A DNA stretch of 47,795 bases from a virus (Duplodnaviria; Caudoviricetes): positions 1-47,795 of the IMG/VR virus record IMGVR_UViG_3300032893_000082; one strand, 5' to 3'. The notes beneath the pieces were generated by a model, which saw only the letters and a list, made by a program, of their open reading frames with translations, ran no database searches and was not told the origin of the DNA. The stretch's first letter is position 1, and every line of letters begins with the position of its first letter. Below are positions 19,016 through 28,258 of this stretch, piece after piece. Both the position numbers and the translations under genes were made by a program.

Positions 19016-20814
19016 TGGGTAGCTTTTTAGATGGTCTGAGTACCTTGTGGGGAGGGGCCGGTAACGCCGGAGCGGCGTCTAGCAACGCTTGGAACTATGG
19101 CCAGTACTCTCCGTACACGGTTAATAACCCAGCTGGCCAGATCTCATTCAACGGGACTACAGCGAACTCTTCTCTAAGTCCTCTGCAGCAGCAGCTCCAA
19201 GGGGCGTTCGGCGGCTCTATCATGGGCGGGTTGGGTGGACAGTATAATCCGAACACCTCGTTCTTGCCTCAGCAGTACCAGAACATATTTAACCCGCAGA
19301 GTTTTAATGCCGGGGTGCAGAATCAGTTCCAGAACTCTGTTAACGGCATAATGCCGTTTCTTCAGCAAGCCAACCAAAGTAATCTCGATAACGAGTTTTC
19401 TAAAGGTACGTTAGCTTCCACGGCCGGAGCATATCAGACTGCCGGCCAGAACATGGCTACTGGAGGGATTCTTTCTAATCTCCAGAATCAAGCGTTCCAG
19501 AACCAGCTCGGGCTATCTAATTCACAGTTCGGAGCCGCTAATGCGACAGCCAATCTCGGCGAACAACAAGCTCAATTCGGACCTCAATTCGGACTCTCGA
19601 AAGCCCAGGCTGGGTTGTCTGGGCTCAATTCCCAAAACCAGAATTTCCTTCAGATGCTTCAGGCCGGAGGGAATCTCGGAGCCCAACGGTCAGGAGCTAA
19701 CGTCGCTGCCGCTACTCCCGGCATTGAAACGGGATTTACTCAGGACCAAGCTACTTCTGGACTACTTTCCGGCCTCCTCTTCGGGGGAGGGAGTACCGGA
19801 GGACTGCTTAACGGATTACTTGGGGGCGGAGGATCGGGAGGACTAGGAGGTCTCTTAGGCCAAGCCGGATCTGGAGTGGGTAAGTGGCTAGGGTCCCTGT
19901 TTGGGGGATCTAGCGGCACTTCCGACACCAGCGGCAATACGCCTTGGGCGGGTACTGGTTCTACTGGCCAGTTCGATTATGGCAACAGCGGGGGCGGTAA
20001 CAGCGGAACTGGGTACTACAACGCTCCCCCAGATGTAACTACTGGAGATGGAGGCACCACTACTTGGTGGGGGGATTTTAACGGCGCTGGCGGGCAAGCC
20101 GCCGACGGGCTTAAGAGCATCGGGGTAGATCCGGTCTCTGTAGGCCAGTCAGAGCAGAACGCTGTCGATAGTGGGTGGAACGCTATAGGTAAGTCCAATT
20201 TAGGATCCGAGGTTTCCGCTGGCCTTGGTATAGCCACCGGCCTAGAGAAAGGCGGGGCTCAAGGATACCTCTCTGCTGGACTTAACGCTGGCAAATTGTA
20301 CAACGATGTTGCTGGCCACTCGAGCGCCTTTAATAGCGCTCTCGGTACCGTAGGCGGAGCTTTGAACATTTACAACGGTATTACCTCAGGTACCCCTGCC
20401 GGGTACGCTTCGGCCGCCGCTTCTGCGGCTGGGCTAGGGGGCCAAGCAGGACTGTTCGGAGCTTATTCTGGAGCAGTGGCGGGAGCAGCCGGAGCCGTGG
20501 CTCCGTTTATTCAAACCCTGATCGCCATGGAATCTCCGGCAGTAGCTTTGAAACCCCAGTATTGGGAGAACGCTACTAAGACGTTACAAACAGATCTTCA
20601 GAACATGCAATCTGGTAAAACTTCACAGTACGGAGTTGACCCAAGATCGCAGTTCTTATCTCACGCAGCAGAGTTCTTGGCTATGCCCCAGAACCAAGTA
20701 CCAGGTACCATCCAATCCTTGCTTGAACAAGGGGGGTTGAGTTGGAACGGCGCCGCAGGAGCGCCGGGGGCAGCAGTGGCTAGCCCTAAGACTTCACAAG
20801 GAACTAAATACTAA
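19015..20814 (+). CDS. Internal virion (DNA ejection) protein, Gly/Gln/Ser-rich
   Basis: Composition and position after tail genes; GAGG SD. Confidence 0.7.
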   Translation: MGSFLDGLSTLWGGAGNAGAASSNAWNYGQYSPYTVNNPAGQISFNGTTANSSLSPLQQQLQGAFGGSIMGGLGGQYNPNTSFLPQQYQNIFNPQSFNAGVQNQFQNSVNGIMPFLQQANQSNLDNEFSKGTLASTAGAYQTAGQNMATGGILSNLQNQAFQNQLGLSNSQFGAANATANLGEQQAQFGPQFGLSKAQAGLSGLNSQNQNFLQMLQAGGNLGAQRSGANVAAATPGIETGFTQDQATSGLLSGLLFGGGSTGGLLNGLLGGGGSGGLGGLLGQAGSGVGKWLGSLFGGSSGTSDTSGNTPWAGTGSTGQFDYGNSGGGNSGTGYYNAPPDVTTGDGGTTTWWGDFNGAGGQAADGLKSIGVDPVSVGQSEQNAVDSGWNAIGKSNLGSEVSAGLGIATGLEKGGAQGYLSAGLNAGKLYNDVAGHSSAFNSALGTVGGALNIYNGITSGTPAGYASAAASAAGLGGQAGLFGAYSGAVAGAAGAVAPFIQTLIAMESPAVALKPQYWENATKTLQTDLQNMQSGKTSQYGVDPRSQFLSHAAEFLAMPQNQVPGTIQSLLEQGGLSWNGAAGAPGAAVASPKTSQGTKY

Positions 20815-22262
20815 TGGCTGGATCAGGTTTCATGCCGGGCTTGACTCCCGGACTTTTCTTGCAGCAAGGACGGTATAATAACAGCCTAGATCCCTCTAGC
20901 TACGATCCTAATAACTTCGTAGATCCGTACGCTGCAATTGCTATGCAACAACAGTTGGCGCAACAGATCTTTAGGATGCAGAATCCTAGATTGGCATTGC
21001 CCCAGCAGTTCGGAGCGGCCTTAGGCGGCGCTGCTCAGCAGCTTATGCGGCCTCAGACGGCCGGAGGAGCGCCCCAAGGCGCCAGTGGCCCCAGTACTGA
21101 CCAAGGCAAAGCTCTGCACGATGCTGCTGTTCAGATGCAACAACAGAATCCAGGGATGCCGTTCAACGAAGCTCTGTACAAGTCCGCGGACGCCATGGAG
21201 TCGAATCCCCAGTGGTCCGAAGATCCTACAATGGAGAAAGTCTTGGATCACGCCCGTGATTGGGCGAAGAAGAACGGGTATAACCCGAACTTCGAAAGAG
21301 AAAAGCAGATCGAGGCTAAGAACCGGTCAGGGGAAAACTTACTTCTGCCAAACGGCAAGAAGATTATGGCTATCCCCGGTACCCCAGAGTACCAAGCGTA
21401 CATGACAGCAGGTGCTCTTAAACAAGGCGACGTGCCGCAGATAGCGGTAGGAGAGCGTCGTCAAGCGATGCGTAACGGTCTGTATGTGGAGGAGGAGTAC
21501 GATGGTAATAAGTGGAACGTCGTCGGTAAATCTCCGCAACCAGTACAGTACGCTGCTACAGTCACTGGACAAGATGCCCAATCGGTATGGCCTGGTGGTC
21601 CCAAAGCGTGGGATAACGCCGCGGCAGCGAAGACTACTGAAGAACTTACTAATCGATCCATCGCCACTAAAAACTTCGTCGATGCTATTGACAAGCTCCA
21701 GCAGGTAGCTACTCCAGAATCTATTGGTAAGCCTGGAGACGTTAACGAGATGATTAACAACGTCCGTGCCTCTATTGGGACGTTCGCGGCCCAGATGGGA
21801 GTAAGCCCTAATCCCAAGGACTACAACTGGACTCCGGTGGGTAACGGGAAACTTATCGATCAGATGCGCAAGAACGGCATCGATGCGGAGAAAGTAAAGA
21901 GCTTGATGCTAGCTTCCGCCATGCTAAAAGAAGCTACAGAAGGGGACAAGAACGCTACCGACGCTAATCGGAAGTACTCTATCGAAATGCGGATGAAGGA
22001 GCTGGGGGAGGATAGTTCAGATATCGAGGCTCTTAAGGCCACTCTCCAGCAGAACCGAGAAATGGCGGTTAATAACCTAAACAACGAGTTTGAGGGTAAA
22101 CCAAACGTAATGTCCAAACCCCCGTGGCTACAAACAGAACTATCCAAGAAGAACGGTGGGGATAGGTACAATACACCGGAAGATATTCGAGCGGCCTACC
22201 AAGCTAAAAAGATCTCACGAGAGCAAGCAAAAGCTCTCCTCAAATCTCACGGATTTGATTAA
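20814..22262 (+). CDS. Internal virion protein
   Basis: Second of three large helical ORFs; coupled start. Confidence 0.7.
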   Translation: MAGSGFMPGLTPGLFLQQGRYNNSLDPSSYDPNNFVDPYAAIAMQQQLAQQIFRMQNPRLALPQQFGAALGGAAQQLMRPQTAGGAPQGASGPSTDQGKALHDAAVQMQQQNPGMPFNEALYKSADAMESNPQWSEDPTMEKVLDHARDWAKKNGYNPNFEREKQIEAKNRSGENLLLPNGKKIMAIPGTPEYQAYMTAGALKQGDVPQIAVGERRQAMRNGLYVEEEYDGNKWNVVGKSPQPVQYAATVTGQDAQSVWPGGPKAWDNAAAAKTTEELTNRSIATKNFVDAIDKLQQVATPESIGKPGDVNEMINNVRASIGTFAAQMGVSPNPKDYNWTPVGNGKLIDQMRKNGIDAEKVKSLMLASAMLKEATEGDKNATDANRKYSIEMRMKELGEDSSDIEALKATLQQNREMAVNNLNNEFEGKPNVMSKPPWLQTELSKKNGGDRYNTPEDIRAAYQAKKISREQAKALLKSHGFD

Positions 22263-22267
22263 ACTCT

Positions 22268-25075
22268 ATGCCTAGTGCAGATGATTTCTTAGACGGAAAA
22301 GTTCTTCCTCAACGAGCTTCGGCGGACGAGTTTTTAGACTCGACTCCGCCTAAAACGGTTTCTTCTGGACCTTCTCCTTATCAATTGCCTCCGGTTAAAC
22401 CGGATCAAGAAGATAAGCCAGGAATGGCCCAGTGGATGAAGACAGGGAAGATGCCGTGGGATTACAGCCCGGCGGCTAAGAGTGCCGCCGCCCAAGGCGT
22501 GGATGTGACTAGTGGGGGACCTTACGGAATGAGGTCCCGGATGGATTTAGCACGTACCGCTGATGAGGAACTACGCGCTGTAGAGCAGTCCGGTTATAAG
22601 AGTCGATTCGGCCCAGATTCAGGGAAGATTGAATTCTTTAATCCCGATACTAAACGGTGGACTACGGTAAGGTCTATGAACCCCACCGGAGGCCAAGCTC
22701 CTACTCTTCCTGAGGTAGGCAAAACGGCCGTCCTGGCCGCTGCTGGAGCTATAGCCCCCGAGGGAGTTCTCCCTATGATCGGGACTCAAGCCGCCGCAGG
22801 GACCGCAGCGGAGGCAGGAGAGCGCCTTACTAGTGCTATGCTAGGCATAAAGAAGGGCCTAGGTACTGAAGACATAAAAAGCTCCCTACTTGAGGGGGCT
22901 AAACAAGGGGCGTGGGCTACGGCCGGAGCCGCTGTGTCCGGCGGTTTGCCGCTCCTTTATAAATACGCTCGTTATGGCCCAGACTTGTTCAAGACCCCGG
23001 TGTTCAACACGAAATACTGGCCAGACATGCAAAGAGACATGCTGGCGGCACAAAACGATCTCGAAGACTATTACGCTCTAGCCGGCAACAGGAACCTCAA
23101 ACTCGATACAGAGCAGCTCTCTGGTCACCCCGCTGCCCACGTGTCTCTTGAGGATTCTCGTAAGACGCTCAAGGAAGCGGCGGTCGATTACGCAATAAGG
23201 GGTCAAGATAATCTCTCCAATTTGCAACAGACGTTTGATGAAGTAACAAAAGGTATCATAGGACCAGAACCTGTGGATCCACTTTCTTCTGGCCAAGCCA
23301 TCTCCCAGTGGCAGCAAGAGCAGAAAGCGGCGTGGTTAGCCCAGCAACAACTTATGGAGAAGACCTCTACAGATGCGGCCAAACGGGCTATTAACGGTCT
23401 ACCGGAGATGTCCCAGGATCAGATTAATCAAAGGATTACAGAGCAACTTCAACTTGTTAACCAGCAAGAGAAAGCACAGGTAGACAAGGCTTGGGGGGAT
23501 GTAGCGGTACAATTTGGGAAACCTCCAAGTGTAGCGTATGCCAAGGATTCTACTTGGCTTTCGGAACCGCAGCAACAATCGATAGCGTACCCGGTTTCCT
23601 CGGAAGTAGAAAATAAACTCTTGAACCTTCTGAAGGAAGCAAAGGGAGCGTACGCGGTGGATTCTGATGCTGCCATTGCCAAGATCCGAGCCATCCCGGA
23701 TGGGATTCTGAAAACTTCTCCAGTAAAAGAACCGCTTCCGGGGGTTTCCCCTTCTTTGTCACCAGAAGATACACAGCTTCTAAAAGAATTTGGTCAAACT
23801 GTTCCATCAGAGACATCGGCTTCTCCAAAACACGTAGTTATAGGGAACACTCGGTACTCTATCGATACCAGTCCCAAGGACGCTTATTGGGTAGTTAACG
23901 CTATTAAAGGACTCAGATCTGGTGTCCGTCAGGATATGGCTCGCAGCAAAGGGTGGCTGCCTCCAGAAAGTCAAGATACAGCTCGAGTAGCCGAAACGCT
24001 TTCGACGGATCTGAAACAATTTCTTTCTGGACCTCATCCGGAAGCCCTGGCAGCTCTCGAAGCAGCGGAGCAACAAAGTAAGGAGTTTGCGTCACGGTGG
24101 CGAGATTCAGTCCTGTCAGAGGCGGCAAAAAAATATGACGGGTTTTCCCAGTACCCTCTCTCCGCCGCCGTCAACAACGCCATCTTTAAGAGCGGCGTGA
24201 ATGGGGATAAGACCGCGCTCCGCGAATTGGCGCAAATTTCGAAGGGAGACCCGAAGTTCGAGGACAGCATCCGTCAAAGTATCTTTGCTTGGTACAGGTC
24301 CCAGTACACCAAGAACGGTGTTCCCACCCCGGACCTCCACGAAAAATTCCTCAACGACATGGCCGGGCCTATTGAAGCGTTCTTCAGTCCGGCGGAACAA
24401 GCACAAATCGAGCATTTAGGTAACCTCGGCGATATAGTCGCCCGTAGAAGTGCCGATGTGGCGAAATTCGACAAATTGTGGAAGGCTAGTCCTTACGCCG
24501 ATATTCCTGCTAATTCGACCCTTTTGGCAAAGGCGGGTTTCTCGAACGCGAATAGCGTACGAGGTCTAGGTACTTTCTTGAGACAAAATAATCCAGCTTT
24601 GTTAAAAGAGCTGCAACGTGATACAGCACAACAATTGGCACAAAGAGTAAAGGGTCTGAGCGGAAGTCGATTTTCGGTACCCGCATTAGATAGAGCCCTC
24701 GATCCAGTGTTGGGGAAGAATTTTCAAGATATTATGCCTCCTGAGTACGTACAAGGTTTGCGGACTATATCGAACACAGCTCATCGGCTTACAGGGTCTC
24801 CAGGCATCTATAACCCTGCGGAAGAGAGTCTCGCGATTAAGACTATGCGTTTGTTCGTGGGCACTCTTTCCAAGGAAGGCAGAGCCTTTACCTTGTTTAA
24901 GGGGTTTCGTGAGAAACAAGCGGCTAGGCTTATTGATAGTGTAGTCTCCGATCCTGAGAAGATGAAGATGTTTATGGCTCTTAAAGATCAAAGTCCTAGG
25001 GTCGCCGCTAAGGCAGGATTTCTCACGTCCGTGGGGGCCTCGGGGTTAGATCAAGAGTCTACTTTATCCCCGTGA
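22268..25075 (+). CDS. Large internal virion protein
   Basis: 935 aa, helical; N-terminal duplicated SAD[DE]FLD motif; last large gene of the structural module. Confidence 0.7.
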   Translation: MPSADDFLDGKVLPQRASADEFLDSTPPKTVSSGPSPYQLPPVKPDQEDKPGMAQWMKTGKMPWDYSPAAKSAAAQGVDVTSGGPYGMRSRMDLARTADEELRAVEQSGYKSRFGPDSGKIEFFNPDTKRWTTVRSMNPTGGQAPTLPEVGKTAVLAAAGAIAPEGVLPMIGTQAAAGTAAEAGERLTSAMLGIKKGLGTEDIKSSLLEGAKQGAWATAGAAVSGGLPLLYKYARYGPDLFKTPVFNTKYWPDMQRDMLAAQNDLEDYYALAGNRNLKLDTEQLSGHPAAHVSLEDSRKTLKEAAVDYAIRGQDNLSNLQQTFDEVTKGIIGPEPVDPLSSGQAISQWQQEQKAAWLAQQQLMEKTSTDAAKRAINGLPEMSQDQINQRITEQLQLVNQQEKAQVDKAWGDVAVQFGKPPSVAYAKDSTWLSEPQQQSIAYPVSSEVENKLLNLLKEAKGAYAVDSDAAIAKIRAIPDGILKTSPVKEPLPGVSPSLSPEDTQLLKEFGQTVPSETSASPKHVVIGNTRYSIDTSPKDAYWVVNAIKGLRSGVRQDMARSKGWLPPESQDTARVAETLSTDLKQFLSGPHPEALAALEAAEQQSKEFASRWRDSVLSEAAKKYDGFSQYPLSAAVNNAIFKSGVNGDKTALRELAQISKGDPKFEDSIRQSIFAWYRSQYTKNGVPTPDLHEKFLNDMAGPIEAFFSPAEQAQIEHLGNLGDIVARRSADVAKFDKLWKASPYADIPANSTLLAKAGFSNANSVRGLGTFLRQNNPALLKELQRDTAQQLAQRVKGLSGSRFSVPALDRALDPVLGKNFQDIMPPEYVQGLRTISNTAHRLTGSPGIYNPAEESLAIKTMRLFVGTLSKEGRAFTLFKGFREKQAARLIDSVVSDPEKMKMFMALKDQSPRVAAKAGFLTSVGASGLDQESTLSP

Positions 25076-25149
25076 GAGATGGCCCAAGCCGTTAGCGCTA
25101 CCCCTAGCACTGCCAGCATTACAACAAAAACTAAAGCTAATACGTTCAT
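25051..25149 (-). CDS. 32-aa single-pass membrane peptide (not in ORF track)
   Basis: MNVLALVFVVMLAVLGVALTAWAISHGDKVDS; AGAGG SD; starts 1 nt after the upstream stop. Confidence 0.55.
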   Translation of the reverse strand: MNVLALVFVVMLAVLGVALTAWAISHGDKVDS

Positions 25150-25150
25150 T

Positions 25151-25528
25151 TCAATCCTCTACTGCGTTCGCTAGTTCTTCTTGATACCATTTACGCACCT
25201 TTTCGTGATCCAGGTGCCAAATCCACAATTGAATCCTGTTTCCTGATCTTGGATTTACCTCTATTGGGGTAGCATACAAACAAGCATCACCGAAGAGTTG
25301 GCGAATCCCATCTGCCATTTTTACTCCTCTCTTCTCCTCCCCATCCACTACATCAGAGAAAATAACGAAAGCAGCGGGCCGAGGATTGGCTTTGTGATAA
25401 AGCGCAGTAGCTACTGCGAATATATTCTTAGTTGCTGTCGTTTTTGGTAAGTGGTGCGCTTCTAGGACACCGCAAGAAACGAAAGACTTGTCGAATCTCA
25501 TCTGTTTCGAATTAATATACTCACCCAT
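25151..25528 (-). CDS. Uncharacterised protein, C/D/N-motif family paralogue A
   Basis: AGAGGTGA SD; KSFVSCG...FVIFSD...VNPRSGNRIQLWIW. Confidence 0.75.
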   Translation of the reverse strand: MGEYINSKQMRFDKSFVSCGVLEAHHLPKTTATKNIFAVATALYHKANPRPAAFVIFSDVVDGEEKRGVKMADGIRQLFGDACLYATPIEVNPRSGNRIQLWIWHLDHEKVRKWYQEELANAVED

Positions 25529-25542
25529 AAATCACCTCTTTT

Positions 25543-25905
25543 ATGTCTGAACTACTTGAACTACAATTTAAATTCGCGAAACTAGTGCCTAGGCTTATTG
25601 ATCAAGCCTACGCTCTAGGACTCTCCGTAACTCTCGGTGAAATCTATCGTACACCTCAACAAGCTCTATATAATGAGAGAGCAGGGGCAGGCATTGCACA
25701 CTCTCTGCATACCCTTCGCCTAGCAATAGACCTACAACTTTTCCGAAATGGTCAATATTTAACGAGCACAGAAGATTATTTGCCTCTGGGAGAGTTTTGG
25801 GAAGCGCTGGGGAAGCAGGAGGGACTACTTCTGTGTTGGGGTGGTCGGTTCGAGTCACGACCAGATGGTAACCATTTTTCGCTGAGTTATCAGGGCGTTC
25901 GGTAG
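25543..25905 (+). CDS. Endolysin, M15-family peptidase
   Basis: GEIYRTPQQ, SLHTLRLAIDL, WGGRF...DGNHFS Zn-peptidase motifs. Confidence 0.9.
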   Translation: MSELLELQFKFAKLVPRLIDQAYALGLSVTLGEIYRTPQQALYNERAGAGIAHSLHTLRLAIDLQLFRNGQYLTSTEDYLPLGEFWEALGKQEGLLLCWGGRFESRPDGNHFSLSYQGVR

Positions 25906-25996
25906 ATATTTCGAGATTTTGATATTGGTGCCCCGGTAAGTCTAGTCTGTAAATAGAGGGGCCTGACTTAAACCAAAGTTCCGCTTCAATCTTCAT
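25595..25996 (-). CDS. Hypothetical protein overlapping the endolysin antisense
   Basis: ATG overlaps upstream TGA (ATGA); GGAG upstream; fills the gap in the - operon. Confidence 0.55.
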   Translation of the reverse strand: MKIEAELWFKSGPSIYRLDLPGHQYQNLEISTERPDNSAKNGYHLVVTRTDHPNTEVVPPASPALPKTLPEANNLLCSLNIDHFGKVVGLLLGEGYAESVQCLPLLSHYIELVEVYDRFHRELRRVLERRLDQ

Positions 25997-26400
25997 GATG
26001 TAAGTTCTCCGATGTTGCCATCTCCGGAGCTTGCTTCGGCTGCTGTGTAGACTCCGGTTTCGGCATTAAGCACGACGGGATTTGGATCTGCTGTTGCTGC
26101 CTCAATAGGAGGCACAGAGATTTGAGCGATAAACGATTCCGCTTTCTTCCGTTCTTCATTTTTCTTTTCTTCATCATCCAACCGCTCTATAGCTGCTTTC
26201 ACTAAAGCCCTAGCATCCGATCTGCTAAGAGACTGCCAAGGATCAACAAGAGTTTGAGCAGTAAATCCGTCCTTTGCTCCCAGTAACTCGAACTGGACGT
26301 AATACTTAATGTCCACACGCACATCATCGCGTTGCGCCTCGTGCACGAGGTGTTTCAGAAGTCGTTCCAGGTCTCGACGATCTACTAAAGTAATTCCCAT
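25993..26400 (-). CDS. Hypothetical protein
   Basis: GAGGA SD; starts 1 nt after the upstream stop. Confidence 0.7.
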   Translation of the reverse strand: MGITLVDRRDLERLLKHLVHEAQRDDVRVDIKYYVQFELLGAKDGFTAQTLVDPWQSLSRSDARALVKAAIERLDDEEKKNEERKKAESFIAQISVPPIEAATADPNPVVLNAETGVYTAAEASSGDGNIGELTS

Positions 26401-26401
26401 A

Positions 26402-26686
26402 CTATTCCTCTGAGTTTCTTTTATTGAAGGCTCGAGTTAATTTAACTGCGTCTAAAGAACACCTCCCAGGGACTTTTTTCATCTGGCGTTCAGCAACCCA
26501 AGCTACTCTATTAACCACTCTACCGTTCTTGGTTGGATATACTGCATACTCAGAACGTGAGTGCTTGTCGGCTCCTCCATACAGATCTGAGTATGTCCCT
26601 TCAATGATTACCAGATCTCCCTTCTTGACATCCTCACCCCAATCTTCAACCATTATTGCCCAATCATAGGGCCGGAATTTATCCAT
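26402..26686 (-). CDS. Hypothetical protein (possibly SH3-like fold)
   Basis: GGAG SD; KKGDLVIIEG...AWVAERQM. Confidence 0.65.
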   Translation of the reverse strand: MDKFRPYDWAIMVEDWGEDVKKGDLVIIEGTYSDLYGGADKHSRSEYAVYPTKNGRVVNRVAWVAERQMKKVPGRCSLDAVKLTRAFNKRNSEE

Positions 26687-27143
26687 GGGCGTACTCCAAG
26701 ATATAGGTCAAGCAGTAGGCACGGCAGCGGGGGCTGCTACCGGTTCGTGGCTCACCCCCGTGCTGAATATTATCAATAAGGTTATACCTGACCCTCAGGC
26801 AAAGGTGCAAGCCCAAATACAGCTCCTCCAACTTCAGCAATCTGGGGAGCTTGCTCAAGAGGCTTCGGCACTTCAGGTAGCGCTGGCGAATAGCCAGGTA
26901 AATCTCGCTGAAGCCCAGTCTGCCTCAAGTTTTCGAGCCGGGTGGCGACCTGCTGCAGGGTGGCTAAGTGTTGCCGGATTAGGCTACCAGTATCTCGGAC
27001 AGCCTCTGTTATCCTGGATAGCTGCTCTAGGGCATTTTCCATCTCCCCCTGTTCTTGATGGATCGACTTTGTTAGCCCTTTTAACTGGGCTTCTAGGGCT
27101 TGGTACTCATCGGACAATTGAGAAACTGAACGGGTTGGCCTAA
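26685..27143 (+). CDS. Holin, 3TM (GTA-type) family
   Basis: INKVIPDP...VNLAEAQS...AGWRPAAGW...LLGLGTHRTIEK signature. Confidence 0.88.
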   Translation: MGVLQDIGQAVGTAAGAATGSWLTPVLNIINKVIPDPQAKVQAQIQLLQLQQSGELAQEASALQVALANSQVNLAEAQSASSFRAGWRPAAGWLSVAGLGYQYLGQPLLSWIAALGHFPSPPVLDGSTLLALLTGLLGLGTHRTIEKLNGLA

Positions 27144-27276
27144 TCCACGGCGTTTTTTGTACTTTTTCCATAGCGAGTTGCACCTCCTGTTGATAATTAG
27201 CAGCAAGTTCCTGATTAACAAAAGCGTTCTGTAAATTTACGTTAAGCTGATTTAGATATTCATTAATATTAGGCAT
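26782..27276 (-). CDS. Coiled-coil protein overlapping the holin antisense
   Basis: TAAGGA SD; first 44 codons lie outside the holin; heptad pattern continues through the overlap. Confidence 0.6.
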   Translation of the reverse strand: MPNINEYLNQLNVNLQNAFVNQELAANYQQEVQLAMEKVQKTPWIRPTRSVSQLSDEYQALEAQLKGLTKSIHQEQGEMENALEQLSRITEAVRDTGSLIRQHLATLQQVATRLENLRQTGLQRDLPGYSPALPEVPKPLEQAPQIAEVGGAVFGLAPLPEGQV

Positions 27277-27295
27277 TCCGTGTCCTTAGACGATT

Positions 27296-27326
27296 AGGGC
27301 CGCTTATTGCGGCCCTTTTCTTTTTT
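27296..27326 (+). terminator. Intrinsic terminator ending the late/lysis transcript
   Basis: AGGGCCGC-TTATT-GCGGCCCT followed by TTTCTTTTTT. Confidence 0.8.
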
Positions 27327-27516
27327 GTAGTATTTCTTTTGCTCTAGCGGACATTACAGTTCTAGCGGGGTCTGGTAGGAACTCGGTAGCCCACTTCTTG
27401 GCTACCGCCGCTCCTTGGTCCCTGTACAACCTTATGTATCGTCTAGCCCACTTGTCTACTAATTTCGGATGGAGTTCGACTAGCTCCCCGCCCTTACGCT
27501 GGGCCGAGGCCACCAC
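27304..27516 (-). CDS. Hypothetical basic protein
   Basis: GGAG upstream; overlaps the end of the exonuclease gene. Confidence 0.6.
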   Translation of the reverse strand: MVASAQRKGGELVELHPKLVDKWARRYIRLYRDQGAAVAKKWATEFLPDPARTVMSARAKEILQKRKGPQ

Positions 27517-28258
27517 TCTTCTCCAGCTTAATTAGCTTGTCTTCCTTGTAAGGAGTACTGGACCATTTACCACACTTCTTGCACCACAACCGCTGCCTTA
27601 CAGAAGCAGGAGTAGTATAAGTCCCGCGGCGCTGCAAATGGCGACTACCGCATACCGGGCACGATTCACTAGATCTCCCTCCACCCAACAATCCAATATG
27701 AGGGTGAGCAACAACGAGAGGACGCAAACTAAGATAGTTTTTTGCGAGAATGATAGCATCTTTGTCGCAGTGCTCCGCTATGTACTGAATTGACGGCTTA
27801 TGGCCTCCTGCAGCTTTGATCCAGGTGGGTAGCTGTAGTGGGGTTTTATCGCCATGTCCCAAGAGATCGGAAACCACTTGAAGCCGGTTTGAGTGCAGCT
27901 TAAGGCGCCTTTTGGCAGTATCGTAGAGATCGATATGAGGCACGTTTTCGAGGTGGTCAATTTTTTGCTTTTTACCTCTCCAGAACACAATGCGAGTATT
28001 GAGAAAAGGAAGATCAAAGCGCTTGCCGTAGTAAGTAACCCAGGTGTCGGCTTCACCGAGGGTTCCCACAAGATCCCGTACAAGGTCCCTATCATGCCAA
28101 GGGTCATCAGCCCAACCAGCATAATCGTCAACACGGAAACTCCTATACACCTTAGTAGGTGTGGCTACGTCAACAATTGAGGCGGCTATAATGAAGCCGC
28201 CGTTAGCGTTTAAACTACTTGTTTCTAGGTCCCAGCAAAGTATCTTTGGCTTTACCAT
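27494..28258 (-). CDS. DEDD/RNase H-like 3'-5' exonuclease with C-terminal zinc ribbon
   Basis: WDLET, YYGKRFDLPF, HIDLY, HCDKD; CPVC...CKKC. Confidence 0.85.
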   Translation of the reverse strand: MVKPKILCWDLETSSLNANGGFIIAASIVDVATPTKVYRSFRVDDYAGWADDPWHDRDLVRDLVGTLGEADTWVTYYGKRFDLPFLNTRIVFWRGKKQKIDHLENVPHIDLYDTAKRRLKLHSNRLQVVSDLLGHGDKTPLQLPTWIKAAGGHKPSIQYIAEHCDKDAIILAKNYLSLRPLVVAHPHIGLLGGGRSSESCPVCGSRHLQRRGTYTTPASVRQRLWCKKCGKWSSTPYKEDKLIKLEKSGGLGPA

